60,643 nucleotides of DNA from Pseudomonadota bacterium (GCA_040390685.1 JAZJYB010000067.1:10375-71017), one strand, 5' to 3'; shown: positions 33,249-44,495, numbered from the stretch's first letter. Notes: generated from the sequence alone by a model not told the origin. Numbers and translations are program-made.

Positions 33249-34202
33249 ATGTTTCAACGATTTCTCTTAGCAGTTCAAGATAATAAAGATGCGTACGCTG
33301 GCAAAAATGGCAAACACGTATTTTTCTTATTCGATACAAAAATTAGTTTATTTTCAACACTCCATCATTTGACACTGGCCTTAGGTCTAGCTGCAATCCT
33401 CGTTTTGACGATGATGTTTATCAAGCCAGATTTAGCAGAAAAATTTCAAAGTTTGTCGCCCTTCGCTGTGAGTTCACCCGCGCTAGATGTAAACAATCCA
33501 GTGCCACCTAGTCTAGCGCTCTTGATGGCGACACCAGAACAGCTTGCGCAGCCGAATACTGTTGAAGTTGCGGCATCGGCTATCGATCAAGATAGTAAAA
33601 TTTCAAATAACGATCGCGAGCAACAATGGGTGACTTCCTGGCTAGCCAAACGATATCGTGTTGCCAGTGATGCGAGCGACATGCTGGTTTCTGCCGCTTA
33701 CGTCACAGCCAAAGAAATAAAGCTCGATCCTCTGTTAATTCTTTCCGTCATGGCGATAGAGTCAGGCTTAAATCCGTTTGCCGAGAGCCCGGTTGGTGCA
33801 CAGGGCCTGATGCAGGTCATGTCCAAAATTCATCATGAAAAATTTGAAGAGATGGGTGGTATAAAAGCCGCCTTGAACCCAATTGCCAATATTAAAGTAG
33901 GTGCCTTAATTTTAAAAGATTATGTAACGCGTGGCGGCTCGGTTGAAGCAGGCTTAAAGTTATATGTAGGCGCTGCCGCTTTCGACAATGATGCTGGATA
34001 TGGATCGAGAGTCATGGCCGAATATCGCAGATTGAAAGACGTAGCCATCGGTAAAAACGTGTCCATTTTTATCACGACACCCGCTCAACCAGCACTTGCC
34101 CGTCCTCAGGAAGCGACGCCTGGAGTCAAATTGGAAACGCTTACCGAACATAAAAACGTCACAATTGAGAATAAACTGCCAGAACAAATCGCACGTCTTT
34201 AA
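33249..34202 (+). CDS. SLT-domain lytic transglycosylase
   Basis: AIESGLNP, GAQGLMQV motifs; N-terminal TM; GGAGG RBS. Confidence 0.88.
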   Translation: MFQRFLLAVQDNKDAYAGKNGKHVFFLFDTKISLFSTLHHLTLALGLAAILVLTMMFIKPDLAEKFQSLSPFAVSSPALDVNNPVPPSLALLMATPEQLAQPNTVEVAASAIDQDSKISNNDREQQWVTSWLAKRYRVASDASDMLVSAAYVTAKEIKLDPLLILSVMAIESGLNPFAESPVGAQGLMQVMSKIHHEKFEEMGGIKAALNPIANIKVGALILKDYVTRGGSVEAGLKLYVGAAAFDNDAGYGSRVMAEYRRLKDVAIGKNVSIFITTPAQPALARPQEATPGVKLETLTEHKNVTIENKLPEQIARL

Positions 34203-34219
34203 GATACGCCGACTAATAG

Positions 34220-34255
34220 AAACCACCTGCAAGAATTAATCTGGTGGTTTTTTTT
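34220..34255 (+). terminator. Probable intrinsic terminator
   Basis: aaaccacc...ggtggttt followed by T-run. Confidence 0.6.
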
Positions 34256-34324
34256 ACGCTTATTTTTTATTTGGACATAGTCAAAACCATATCATTTCAA
34301 ATTTTAAATTTCAACTTTCAAAAT

Positions 34325-35233
34325 TCAATCGTCGAAACCAAAATCATAAATGGACGACACCTTAAGAACCGCTTCACGAAAGTCGTGCATCAATTCGGAA
34401 CGAATTCCACCACCAGGATAAGCCAGCACATATTGGTAGCTAATATCGCTCTCGAAAGGCCGGACGACAACGCCGTTATTGCGCCATATTTTCGCAGCGA
34501 AAGGTTCGACGATAGACACACCCAAACCATTTGCCACCATGGCATAACGGGTATGCGAGGTATGTGTCTTAATTACATGGCGGGGATGGCTATCCGCTTT
34601 AACCAAAGTGCTGAGCTCCTCCTTGTAACCTTGTGAGAGGATAGGAACCCAGCCTATCATATTCTCGCCATCAAGATCATTTGGCGTAACCAACTCCTTT
34701 GCGGCCAGCCGATGCCCGGCAGGTATTGCACACATTACATTCATTTTCATGATGGTTTCCACCTCGATACCCGCAATACTCGGGAATGCCAGGCAGATCG
34801 CCATATCCGCTTTCATATCTTGCAAGCGTACCAGTATCTCAGGTCCGCTAATACTATCCACCGTGACTGGCACATGAGGGTGATACTTGAAAAATTCCCG
34901 CAAAATCAAAGGCATTATACTGGTCGCTAACACTGGCAGACATGCGACTGAGATGCCTTCTGGGGTTTCGTCCCGAATATTTGCCGCTACCTGTGCCAAT
35001 CGCTCCAAGCCCAAAAAATTCTCTTCAACCGAGCGATAGAAACGCACTCCCGCAATCGTAGGCTCCAAACGCCCCTTAGTGCGATTAAACAAACGAAAGC
35101 CCAGTGTGCTTTCAAGATCGGCAATTAATCTACTGATAGCTGGTTGAGTGACATTCATCTTTCGGGCAGCACCGACACTGGTTCCAGCCATCATCAGGCA
35201 ACGAAATGCCTCAATTTGTCTAAATTGCATCAT
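34325..35233 (-). CDS. LysR-family transcriptional regulator
   Basis: AARKMNVTQPAISRLIADLE...LFNR HTH; VANGLGVSIV. Confidence 0.93.
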   Translation of the reverse strand: MMQFRQIEAFRCLMMAGTSVGAARKMNVTQPAISRLIADLESTLGFRLFNRTKGRLEPTIAGVRFYRSVEENFLGLERLAQVAANIRDETPEGISVACLPVLATSIMPLILREFFKYHPHVPVTVDSISGPEILVRLQDMKADMAICLAFPSIAGIEVETIMKMNVMCAIPAGHRLAAKELVTPNDLDGENMIGWVPILSQGYKEELSTLVKADSHPRHVIKTHTSHTRYAMVANGLGVSIVEPFAAKIWRNNGVVVRPFESDISYQYVLAYPGGGIRSELMHDFREAVLKVSSIYDFGFDD

Positions 35234-35597
35234 TACAATTCACCTTAGAAGCTTGTCAAAAATTACCTAAAAATCAAAATCATGACACCGCATAACAAAT
35301 TCACATTAAGTATGCAAAATTGTGAGTGGACATGATAGGGTATCTTTGAAATACTGTGTTACCGAATTGCAAGTGAATGAAAAAGTACAAACAACATATC
35401 AACAAGCGAAGAGGACGTAGCTCTTACCCGGTCAAAACAGATCATCAGAATAATGATCGGTCATGATGTCTGGCAAGAGCACGTGAAGACACCCAAAAGG
35501 TAGAACCTCAACGCGAACTGCGTCACCCAAAAGTTGACTAGTTCGCGCTGATCAAGACGCCGTCAGATTTTTTTCATCGCTTGGGAGATTGAATAGC

Positions 35598-35984
35598 ATG
35601 CTTGCATTCGGAACCGTGAAGTTAAAAGGAATCAACGAGATCTTCGATCAATTGACAGGTTTGACACGGTCAAAATTGAATCATCTGTATGCGGGAGACA
35701 TTGAGGCCGAAGCGCGCTTTGAATGTCTTAGCTTCGCAGGCGATACTGGCGCAGCGAACTTTGTCGGGTTTGAACATATTACCGGGCGCATCGGTGATCG
35801 CAATGGCGGATTTATCGTTCAGCATATAGGCTGGATTAAATCAGGTAGAACGGAAAGCACCTTAAATGTTCTGCACGGATCTGGCACTGGCGAACTCACT
35901 GGAATTAAAGGTCATGGGCGTACTACCTGGATCAGCGATTCCAACAATCCATCACAAGTGTTACTAGAATACAGTTTTGATTAA
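35598..35984 (+). CDS. DUF3224-like protein
   Basis: FVGFEHITGRIGDRNGGF, GSGTGELTGIKG. Confidence 0.75.
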   Translation: MLAFGTVKLKGINEIFDQLTGLTRSKLNHLYAGDIEAEARFECLSFAGDTGAANFVGFEHITGRIGDRNGGFIVQHIGWIKSGRTESTLNVLHGSGTGELTGIKGHGRTTWISDSNNPSQVLLEYSFD

Positions 35985-36010
35985 CGCTTTGACTAAGATT
36001 CTGACTTAAT

Positions 36011-37201
36011 TCAATTTGGCGCTGGCTGAAAATTGAATTTTCTCCTTAGAAAATCATCAATCCGCTTGATCGCTTCCTGCAAGTTCTCCATTGATGTTGC
36101 ATACGAAATGCGTACATACTGACTCGCCGTTGCGGGTCCAAAATCAAGTCCAGGCACGATCACGACATTCGCCTCGTTCAATACATCTCTAGTAAATTGA
36201 TCGGCATCATCGGAAAAACGCGAGCAGTCGGCATAAACATAAAAAGCACCATCCGGCATCACTGGCACATCAAATCCTAAATTTCGCAATGCGGGAACAA
36301 TATAATCGCGACGACGCTTAAATTCCGCTTTTCGTTCTTCATATATTGTTAAGGCCTCGGCAGAAAAGCAAGCTAGCCCGGCATGTTGCGCAACCGAAGA
36401 AGCGCAAATAAACAAATTTTGCGCAAGTTTTTCTAATTGCGGCACGATACGTTCGGGTACGACTAGCCAACCCAAACGCCAGCCTGTCATATTGAAATAC
36501 TTACTAAAACTATTGATCACAATCACATCGTCATCCAAAGACAATGCAGAGAATGGCGCGGCATCGTAGCTGAGTCCCTGATAGATTTCATCAACAATCG
36601 TAAAGCCATTTTTCTCTTTGACGGCTTGAATAATTTTTGCGAGTTCTGCAGGCGCGATTGAAGTACCGGTTGGATTTGAAGGTGATGCTAGCAATACCCC
36701 TCTACTCTTCTCATTCCAATGTTGCCGTACCAATTTATCCGACAACTGAAAACGTTCTTGCGGGCCGCAGTGGATTAATTTTGCCGTGCCTTCGAAGGCC
36801 GCGACAAAATGTCGATTACATGGATAGCTAGGATCAGGCATCAAGACTTCGGCGCCAGGCTCAACCAAGGCGGCGCAAGCCAACAACAAGGCAGCAGATG
36901 CACCGGCGGTGACAACTATGCGACTGGCAGGAATGTTTACTTGATATTTATCTAGGTAATGTTTGGAAATCGCTTCTCGTAATGCCGGGATACCCAAAGC
37001 GGAGGTGTATTGCAAATGTCCGGCGCCCATCGCTTTCACTGCGGCATCAATAACGCATTGTGGTGCTGTAAAATCAGGCTCGCCTATGCCCATATGAACG
37101 ATATGTCGGCCTTGTTTTTCTAGTTCGGCCGCCATCTTGGCGAGTTCCATCACATGAAACGGGGCGATATTTTCCAGGCGTGAAGCCAGATTGTTTTCCA
37201 T
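36011..37201 (-). CDS. Class I PLP-dependent aminotransferase
   Basis: GIGEPDF, SPSNPTG, VDEIY, SFSKYFNMTGWRLG. Confidence 0.93.
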   Translation of the reverse strand: MENNLASRLENIAPFHVMELAKMAAELEKQGRHIVHMGIGEPDFTAPQCVIDAAVKAMGAGHLQYTSALGIPALREAISKHYLDKYQVNIPASRIVVTAGASAALLLACAALVEPGAEVLMPDPSYPCNRHFVAAFEGTAKLIHCGPQERFQLSDKLVRQHWNEKSRGVLLASPSNPTGTSIAPAELAKIIQAVKEKNGFTIVDEIYQGLSYDAAPFSALSLDDDVIVINSFSKYFNMTGWRLGWLVVPERIVPQLEKLAQNLFICASSVAQHAGLACFSAEALTIYEERKAEFKRRRDYIVPALRNLGFDVPVMPDGAFYVYADCSRFSDDADQFTRDVLNEANVVIVPGLDFGPATASQYVRISYATSMENLQEAIKRIDDFLRRKFNFQPAPN

Positions 37202-37215
37202 AACTCACCAAGAAA

Positions 37216-37250
37216 AAACGTCTTATTTCGAAATCGAAAATAAGACGTTT
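37216..37250. other. Hairpin between nusB and the aminotransferase
   Basis: aaacgtcttattt ... aaataagacgttt 13-bp stem. Confidence 0.55.
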
Positions 37251-37281
37251 AGAATAAAATTAAACTAGTTTAATAAAGCAA

Positions 37282-37746
37282 TTATTTGCCGGCACTTACT
37301 TCTGTTGCCCTCAATTTGGCTGCCAATTTATCGAGTACGCCATTCACGTATTTATGACCATCCTGGCCACCAAAAGACTTGGTCAACTCGACCGCTTCAT
37401 TAATCACGACGCGGTAAGGTATTTCAAGATGGTTCTTTAACTCGAATACACCGATCAGTAAAGCGGCGTGCTCAATCGGCGATAATTCAGCGATGGTGCG
37501 GTCAATGAAAGGAGCAATCTCTTCCCTCAATTGTATCGATTGATTGATTGCTCCATGCAGCAAGGAATCAAAATGCTCTCTATCCGCCTTTTCGAAACCA
37601 TGCGCTTCGCGGATATGTGCATCAATTGAACCGGCATCTTCGTTATTCAGCAGCCATTGATACAGTCCTTGTAAGGCGAATTCGCGTGCGCGATGGCGTG
37701 GTGAACGGCTCTTGGATGGATTGGCGTGTTGGGTTTTCGTTGTCAT
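37282..37746 (-). CDS. nusB: Transcription antitermination factor NusB
   Basis: [29 protein letters not shown]. Confidence 0.96.
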   Translation of the reverse strand: MTTKTQHANPSKSRSPRHRAREFALQGLYQWLLNNEDAGSIDAHIREAHGFEKADREHFDSLLHGAINQSIQLREEIAPFIDRTIAELSPIEHAALLIGVFELKNHLEIPYRVVINEAVELTKSFGGQDGHKYVNGVLDKLAAKLRATEVSAGK

Positions 37747-37799
37747 TATTTTCTCTTACAATTTTTAATCTGGTTACGCGTCGAACTTAAGCATCGCAT

Positions 37800-38297
37800 T
37801 TAAGCATCGTAATGGATATCTTCAGTCGCTTCTGCCAACTCTTCCAATGCCAATGTCAGATTTGCCATTTCTACCGCTACCCGCGCTGCATCAGTGCCCT
37901 TCTCGACCATACGCACCTCGGCTTGCTCATCGTTTTCTGTTGTCAAAATGGCGTTGGCAATTGGAATGCCCGTATCCAGACCAACTCTGGTGATGCCGGC
38001 ACCCGATTCATTTGAGACTAACTCAAAGTGATATGTCTCGCCGCGTATCACTGCACCCAAGGCAATTAAGGCATCAAATTGATTTGTCAGAGCCAATTTC
38101 TGAAGAGCTAAAGGCACTTCTAGCGCACCAGGCACAGTCACGTGAAGAATATCTTCATTGAGTACACCGAGTGCATTCAATTCGGCCAAGCAAGCTGCCA
38201 AGAGGCCGTTACCAACGGTTTCATTAAAACGTGCTTGCACGATACCAACTCTAACGCCTGCGCCATCGAGGCTTGATTCAAAATGTCCAACTGTCAT
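37800..38297 (-). CDS. ribH: 6,7-dimethyl-8-ribityllumazine synthase
   Basis: [21 protein letters not shown]. Confidence 0.96.
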   Translation of the reverse strand: MTVGHFESSLDGAGVRVGIVQARFNETVGNGLLAACLAELNALGVLNEDILHVTVPGALEVPLALQKLALTNQFDALIALGAVIRGETYHFELVSNESGAGITRVGLDTGIPIANAILTTENDEQAEVRMVEKGTDAARVAVEMANLTLALEELAEATEDIHYDA

Positions 38298-38359
38298 GAT
38301 GTTCTTTCCCGCGCAAAGCGCTCTACTTTATTAAACGATGTTTGTATTTTGTGTTCTTA

Positions 38360-39478
38360 TTAATTTGCCATGCCAGGCTTATCCAGATAGCCAATGACTT
38401 CCAAATTAAAACCTGTCATCGAAGGCATTTTTCTTGGATTAGCCAGCAACTTCATACGGCCTACACCAACGTCTTTTAAAATCTGTGCACCAATTCCATA
38501 GTTGCGCAAATCCATACGAGCTGCACGTGCCAACGGGCGTGCATCTGGTGTATTCAGGGCTTTAAATTGATCAAACATTTGCTCTGCCGTCTCTTCACAA
38601 TTGAGCAAAACCATCACGCCACTCTCAGATGCCTTGATCGCGGCCATGGCCGACGCGACGTTCCAGGAATGGGTAGAAATCTGGCTCTCCAGTAAATCAA
38701 GAATTGATACTGGTTGATGCACGCGCACCAGGGCTTCTTTATCGGGACGAACATCCCCGTGTACCAAGGCCAAATGCGCTGAGCCACTCGGTTTATCGCG
38801 GAACACAATGGCCCTGAAATTGCCATGCACAGTTTGCATTTCGCGTTCGGCGACGCGTTCCACCAGACTCTCGGTTTGGCTACGGTAGTGTATCAAATCG
38901 GCAATCGTGCCTATTTTCAAACCATGTTCCTTGGCAAATTCAAGGAGATCAGGCAAGCGCGCCATGGTGCCATCATCTTTCATGATTTCACAGATCACGG
39001 CAGCGGGAGTTAATCCGGCTAACTCAGCAAAATCACAACCGGCTTCGGTATGACCAGCGCGCATCAAGACGCCGCCTTTTTGCGCTTTCAAAGGAAAGAT
39101 ATGTCCAGGCTGAACAATATCATTGGCAACAGTATTTTTTGCCACTGCAACTTGTACTGTTTTTGCACGGTCAGCTGCCGAGATGCCGGTGGTGACGCCT
39201 TCGGCGGCTTCAATTGATACAGTAAAGTTAGTCCCAAACGCTGTGCCATTTCGGCTAGTCATCATGGCTAGATTGAGTTGCTCGCAACGTTCTTCTGTCA
39301 GCGTCAGGCAAATTAAGCCACGGCCAAATTTCGCCATAAAGTTAATCGCCTCAGGTGTCACAAAATCGGCAGCTAAAACGAGATCGCCTTCGTTCTCCCT
39401 GTCTTCCTCGTCGACCAAAATAACCATACGGCCTGCGCGCAATTCTTCAACAATTTCTTGGGTATTTGACATGCTCAT
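38360..39478 (-). CDS. ribBA: DHBP synthase fused to a degenerate GTP cyclohydrolase II domain (RibBA/RibBX)
   Basis: [17 protein letters not shown]; C-terminal VRVHQPVS lacks the zinc-binding cysteines. Confidence 0.92.
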   Translation of the reverse strand: MSMSNTQEIVEELRAGRMVILVDEEDRENEGDLVLAADFVTPEAINFMAKFGRGLICLTLTEERCEQLNLAMMTSRNGTAFGTNFTVSIEAAEGVTTGISAADRAKTVQVAVAKNTVANDIVQPGHIFPLKAQKGGVLMRAGHTEAGCDFAELAGLTPAAVICEIMKDDGTMARLPDLLEFAKEHGLKIGTIADLIHYRSQTESLVERVAEREMQTVHGNFRAIVFRDKPSGSAHLALVHGDVRPDKEALVRVHQPVSILDLLESQISTHSWNVASAMAAIKASESGVMVLLNCEETAEQMFDQFKALNTPDARPLARAARMDLRNYGIGAQILKDVGVGRMKLLANPRKMPSMTGFNLEVIGYLDKPGMAN

Positions 39479-39723
39479 GAGAATTTCCTGGAGTGTGCGT
39501 TATTTGCTAATTCGCAATTGCACAAAAATTTGATATTTAGCCCCGTATTGTAAAGGATTTACCGCTCTTTACCTGGGTGCAAGCAGACTTTATCGCGATT
39601 TTGCGAAAATCTGTCTGTCATAAAAGCGATAGCGCATTAAATTCAAATGCATTAAAGACAAACTCGACCAGATATCCACCGGTATAAATTTAACAATAAA
39701 GGCTAATGCAATAAAATTGCGAT

Positions 39724-40323
39724 TTACTTAAGCTGCCAGACAATGCCAAAATTCAAACCCAAAACATCGATGCCTGGATTAGGTTTTGTCATCCCCATAT
39801 TCGAATGATGCGTAAAATATAAGCTGGTGGTAATCGCCATTTTTTTGTCGAGCTGGTGCCGGTATCCCAGTTGAGAAAACCAGTTCAGGGTAAATTTTTG
39901 CCCCTGAGCACCAGGGATATTTTTTGAATTTATCCGGCCAGCACCGCCACCAATTTCGTAGAAAAGTGCATTTTTTTGATCTGCGCTCCAAAGTTCAAAA
40001 CTTGGAGCGCCAGCGAAAGCCAGATAATAATCTTCCGCGCCTTTTAAATAAACTTCAGTAACAAACGAGAATCTTTGCCGGACCGCCAAACGCGCACCGC
40101 TAGCGCCACGCCAAAGATCAAAACCTGACGGTGAGCGCCATAACACCTGGGTTGGAACGATGGTGTAATCAAGCGGAGAATGATGCAATATTTTTCCCAA
40201 ATACCCCGCCTCCACGCCCATTTCCCAATTATCTGCCGGGTGCTCGTGTGCTTGCACTAAATCAGTATTAAGCATCATGGCTACTAACAAACCTAGTTGC
40301 GCCAGATAAAAATTTATACGCAT
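39724..40323 (-). CDS. PagL-like lipid A 3-O-deacylase / acyloxyacyl hydrolase
   Basis: Signal peptide, beta-strand pattern, C-terminal HHSNMG...NPG motif. Confidence 0.75.
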   Translation of the reverse strand: MRINFYLAQLGLLVAMMLNTDLVQAHEHPADNWEMGVEAGYLGKILHHSPLDYTIVPTQVLWRSPSGFDLWRGASGARLAVRQRFSFVTEVYLKGAEDYYLAFAGAPSFELWSADQKNALFYEIGGGAGRINSKNIPGAQGQKFTLNWFSQLGYRHQLDKKMAITTSLYFTHHSNMGMTKPNPGIDVLGLNFGIVWQLK

Positions 40324-40393
40324 AAATTACTTAATTCCAATCTAGGAAAATGACTTCAGAATTAGAGACACTCGATTATTCAGGTTCAAACTC

Positions 40394-41146
40394 TTAGTTC
40401 TCTGCTTTAAACTGGATCTCTACGACTTTTGTTTGCGGGTTAGAAATGGCGGCATATTTCCATGCCGATAAAGCGGCGATGACTTCTTTATCAAAATATT
40501 TTCTAGGATTAGCTTCGATGATTTCGACTTTCGATACACTGCCATTTTTCTCAACAAAAAGACGCGCACGCACCAAACCTTGAGTATGACCAGCTCGTGC
40601 TGCTGCAATTGGAAATGATGGCTGCACACCAGAAATGAATTTCAAGATTTCTGGAACAGGAGCAGCCGCCGGCTTTATTGCCAGCACCGGTGCTGGCGCC
40701 AACTCTACCGGCTTGGGAATCACCGGTGCCGGCACGATGACAGCAGGGGCCTTTGCCAATACGGCCGCGCTTGCGGCTGTCTTAGCCGCAAGTATTTTAG
40801 CCTCCTGCGCCAGTTTAGCTTCCTGCGCAAGTTTTAGATCCTTAGCTTCCTTGGCAATTTTCTCCTCGCGTGCGGACTGAATCGCGCTCTTTTTCTCGGC
40901 GATATCCCACCACCGAGTCACATTTGCTGTCTCGTCGGTATGACGCGAGGGGCTCTTAACCAATCCGGTCGGTGCGTTAACAACCACCCCCGATGCTGAA
41001 TTAGATGCTTCTGCAGATGCCGACGGTAACTCTGGATTCGGATTTTTTTGGCAACCCGAAGCAAATATTGCTGCGCTCATGCAAAGTACACTGCCGAAAA
41101 TTACCTTTACCTCTTTCGAATTCCACATACCTGCTACCGTCCACAT
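40394..41146 (-). CDS. TonB C-terminal domain protein
   Basis: Ala/Lys/Pro-rich linker then PSFPIAAARAGHTQGLV...GSVSKV...FDKEVIAALSAWKY; start uncertain. Confidence 0.75.
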   Translation of the reverse strand: MWTVAGMWNSKEVKVIFGSVLCMSAAIFASGCQKNPNPELPSASAEASNSASGVVVNAPTGLVKSPSRHTDETANVTRWWDIAEKKSAIQSAREEKIAKEAKDLKLAQEAKLAQEAKILAAKTAASAAVLAKAPAVIVPAPVIPKPVELAPAPVLAIKPAAAPVPEILKFISGVQPSFPIAAARAGHTQGLVRARLFVEKNGSVSKVEIIEANPRKYFDKEVIAALSAWKYAAISNPQTKVVEIQFKAEN

Positions 41147-41195
41147 ATCTAATTCCTATTTCGATCCAACATATAAAAAAACTGCATACTCAATA

Positions 41196-44100
41196 CTAGT
41201 CGCCGTGCCCTGATCCATGACTAATCACTTTCACTGGCATACCCACTGCATTTTTCCCGTCAAAGAAAAATGGTTTTCTGTTCTTGGGATGTGCGCCAAC
41301 TTCATTCATGGTAGCGGCATCGTACAAGCGGCCATTGATCATCACCTGAGAGATTTTGTCTGATTGCTGTATGTCCTTCAGCACATCGCCATCGATGATG
41401 ACTAAATCGGCTAGCTTGCCCACTTCCAGCGATCCGATGTCTTTATCCATGCCTAGATATTTTGCACCGTTTAATGTTGCCACCCTAATGATCTCCAAAG
41501 GTGTCATGCCACCTCGCGCCAGTGTCCACATTTCCCAGTGGGCGCCGAGACCTTCACGCTGGCCATGCGCACCGAGGTTGACTGCCACACCGGCGCGTTG
41601 CAATTGGGTCGCGGCGCGGGCGATATTAAATACATTGAAGTCTTCTTCCGGAGCGGTTTCGCGTCTGATGCTGCGCGCTTCCAATACCGAACGAGGTACA
41701 TATTTTGTCAGCAACGGATGCTTCCACACATCAGTGCGGGCATACCAATAATGTTCGCCATCCAGGCCACCGTAACCAACGATCAGGGTCGGGGTATAAC
41801 CGACCTTGGTTTGCGACCAGAGTTGGGTCACGTCGTCATACACATTCGGCACAGGGATCGCATGCTCGATACCAGTATGGCCATCGATCACCATATTCAT
41901 ATTATGCTGAAACAAAGAGCCGCCTTCCGGCACCACCATCATGCCGGTTTGACGTGCTGCTTCGAGCACTTGCTGGCGTTGCTCGCGACGCGGTTGGTTG
42001 TAGCTTTTTACTGAAATCGCACCGTCCGCTTTCAGACGTTTCAGATGAGTCAAAGCATCATCGAGATTATTTACAATCGCGCTCATGTTGGCTTTGGCGC
42101 CGTACAAGATTGTTCCGGTAGAAAAAATTCGCGGCCCCACCACTTTGCCAGCGCGCTGCATTTCACTATGGGTGAAAATTTCAGCAGTGTCGTTGGAAGG
42201 ATCATGTATCGTCGTCACGCCAAAAGCCAGCGAAGCGTAGTTGACCCAACTCTGCTGCGGAATAACTTGCCCCTCGCCCATGCCGCCGTGCCAATGCACA
42301 TCAACGATGCCCGGAATGATGGTCTTGCCATCGGCGGCGATCAGCTTCGCACCCGCCGGCACCGCAACTTTGTCCGCTGCGCCGATCTCAGTGATGCGGT
42401 TATTTTTAATGACGATGCGTGCGTTTGCAATGACTTCATCACCCTTCATGGTGACTACGCGCGCGCCGGAAATTACTGTGACGCCTTCAGGCTTATCAGC
42501 GTTCTCGCGAAAGCCGATTTTCAGTCCAGCTTCACTAGGCTTAGGCAACTCTTTGGGCGCACCGGCAACAAAACTAAACGCGTTACTTAATGGCGTGCTG
42601 AATAATTCATCCCCCAAGGAAAATTGAATTTTTTTGCTGTCACCCGACCAATGCACATACTCGCCGGCATTGACGTCCAACTGCCGCACAGGCAAACCAT
42701 CCATTTTCGATCCAACCGTGACCGCTTTGCCGGCAAGCGGCATCGGTGCGACGTAGGAATGAAAACGTTCGTTAAATGCCAGCCATGCGCCATCTGGCGA
42801 GATCACGAAGTCTTCAACGAATTCACCTTTGGCGACGGCAACTTGTTCGCTCTTGTCCAGCTTAAATCGTATTAGTGAAGTACTCCAATCCACTTCACCG
42901 GAATTTTCTGTACGGGTTAAATACACGTGATCGTTATCTTTGCCAAATTGCGGCGCAGAACCATCATCGGTCAGCAAACGCGGCTCAGTCTTACCGTCTG
43001 CGGCAACGGCATACACACCACCATTCAATCCATGCCATGGCGTCGTCAGGTAACCGCCACTGACTTTCACATACACGACTTGTTTACCATCTGGTGAGAA
43101 AGTCGGCTCCTGATATTTCCCCGCCTCTTTCGTCAAAACAGTTTCCTGTCCCATGCGCACATCAATACTTCTCACTGCACCGAGTTTTTCATCATTCCAG
43201 CTAGTGAAGACGATGCTATTGCCATCGCGAGAAAATTTCGGAAAGAATTCAAAATGTTCTTCTTGCTTGGTTAAACGGCGAGGTTTACCGTCCGGCAAAT
43301 CGCGCACATACAAATAACCTAATGCCGAGTAAATGACTTTATCGCCTTTTGGTGACACATTCACCCAGCGCAATTGGTGGACGTCAAACTGATCTGGCGC
43401 GACATTGACAGGAAAGCGAACAGCAGCACGGACTTCGCGGCTATCTTTGATATGAAATGGAATCTCGACCGCAGTCTTGGCAAATGGATCCAGGCGCCAG
43501 ATTTTACCTTTGGCCCACAACACGATTTGCTTGCTATCAGGCAGCCAGCTAAAGGATGGATATACGCCATGCACCGCCCAAGTTTCTTGCATATCGCGCT
43601 CAAGCTCTGCCCATGCCGGCACTTCTTCTCCGGTGCTGAGATTTTTCAAATATAAGGTGCTCTGCGATTTATTCTCGACGCGCATGCGACGGACAAAAGC
43701 GAGATATTTTCCATCAGGAGAAGGCGTCGGACGCACCGAACCACCGGCACCGCTGACCATGGCGATGGTTTTGCCATCGCGCAGATCTTTGCGGAAAATT
43801 TGATAAATCTGGCCATTTGAATTTTTATTGTATTCAAACGATTTACCCGGTGTCGTATCTTGTGAATAATATACATAGCGGCCATCAGGAGAAAAAGCTG
43901 GCTCGCCTAAGTCCTTTTGCCAATTGGCTTTTTCATTGAGCTGTACGCCGGCACCGCCGCTAGCGTGATACAACCAGATTTCACCCGAGCCCAAAGAACG
44001 CGTGCCGGTGTAATGTTTGCGCGCCGCGATGTAGTGGCCGTTCGGATGCCATACCGGATTATTCAACAAGCGAAAATCTTCTTTGCTAACCGCATGCGCC

Positions 44101-44495
44101 TCACTGCCATCGACATTCATCACCCAGACGTTGTCGCCACCGCCGGCGTCAGACATATATGTCAACTGTTCGCCGTCCGGCGAAAAACGCGCCTGCATTT
44201 CCCACGCAAGCGTATGTGTCAAAGCCTTTGCCTCGCCACCGGAAATTGGCATGACATATAAATCACCCAGCATATCGAAGACGATTTGTTTGCCATCCGG
44301 GCTAACGTCGACACTCATCCAGGTGCCGGATTTTGTATCTAGAGATACCATGACGGCCTCACCGGGTGGATGATTCACATCCCATTTCTTTTTGTCTGCG
44401 CCTTCTTTACCTGCGCCAACTGGCTCGGCAGCGAAGGCCGCGGCACTTACCATGGCGAAAAGAAAACTAAATAGAATTTGATGACGACTGCGCAT
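41196..44495 (-). CDS. Exported amidohydrolase with TolB/PD40 beta-propeller repeats
   Basis: Signal peptide, many SPDG repeats, PGIVDVHWH, GSLEVGKLADLV. Confidence 0.88.
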   Translation of the reverse strand: MRSRHQILFSFLFAMVSAAAFAAEPVGAGKEGADKKKWDVNHPPGEAVMVSLDTKSGTWMSVDVSPDGKQIVFDMLGDLYVMPISGGEAKALTHTLAWEMQARFSPDGEQLTYMSDAGGGDNVWVMNVDGSEAHAVSKEDFRLLNNPVWHPNGHYIAARKHYTGTRSLGSGEIWLYHASGGAGVQLNEKANWQKDLGEPAFSPDGRYVYYSQDTTPGKSFEYNKNSNGQIYQIFRKDLRDGKTIAMVSGAGGSVRPTPSPDGKYLAFVRRMRVENKSQSTLYLKNLSTGEEVPAWAELERDMQETWAVHGVYPSFSWLPDSKQIVLWAKGKIWRLDPFAKTAVEIPFHIKDSREVRAAVRFPVNVAPDQFDVHQLRWVNVSPKGDKVIYSALGYLYVRDLPDGKPRRLTKQEEHFEFFPKFSRDGNSIVFTSWNDEKLGAVRSIDVRMGQETVLTKEAGKYQEPTFSPDGKQVVYVKVSGGYLTTPWHGLNGGVYAVAADGKTEPRLLTDDGSAPQFGKDNDHVYLTRTENSGEVDWSTSLIRFKLDKSEQVAVAKGEFVEDFVISPDGAWLAFNERFHSYVAPMPLAGKAVTVGSKMDGLPVRQLDVNAGEYVHWSGDSKKIQFSLGDELFSTPLSNAFSFVAGAPKELPKPSEAGLKIGFRENADKPEGVTVISGARVVTMKGDEVIANARIVIKNNRITEIGAADKVAVPAGAKLIAADGKTIIPGIVDVHWHGGMGEGQVIPQQSWVNYASLAFGVTTIHDPSNDTAEIFTHSEMQRAGKVVGPRIFSTGTILYGAKANMSAIVNNLDDALTHLKRLKADGAISVKSYNQPRREQRQQVLEAARQTGMMVVPEGGSLFQHNMNMVIDGHTGIEHAIPVPNVYDDVTQLWSQTKVGYTPTLIVGYGGLDGEHYWYARTDVWKHPLLTKYVPRSVLEARSIRRETAPEEDFNVFNIARAATQLQRAGVAVNLGAHGQREGLGAHWEMWTLARGGMTPLEIIRVATLNGAKYLGMDKDIGSLEVGKLADLVIIDGDVLKDIQQSDKISQVMINGRLYDAATMNEVGAHPKNRKPFFFDGKNAVGMPVKVISHGSGHGD

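Noticed and set aside
39479-39723. FMN riboswitch upstream of ribBA
   Set aside because: Conserved RFN sequence blocks are absent.
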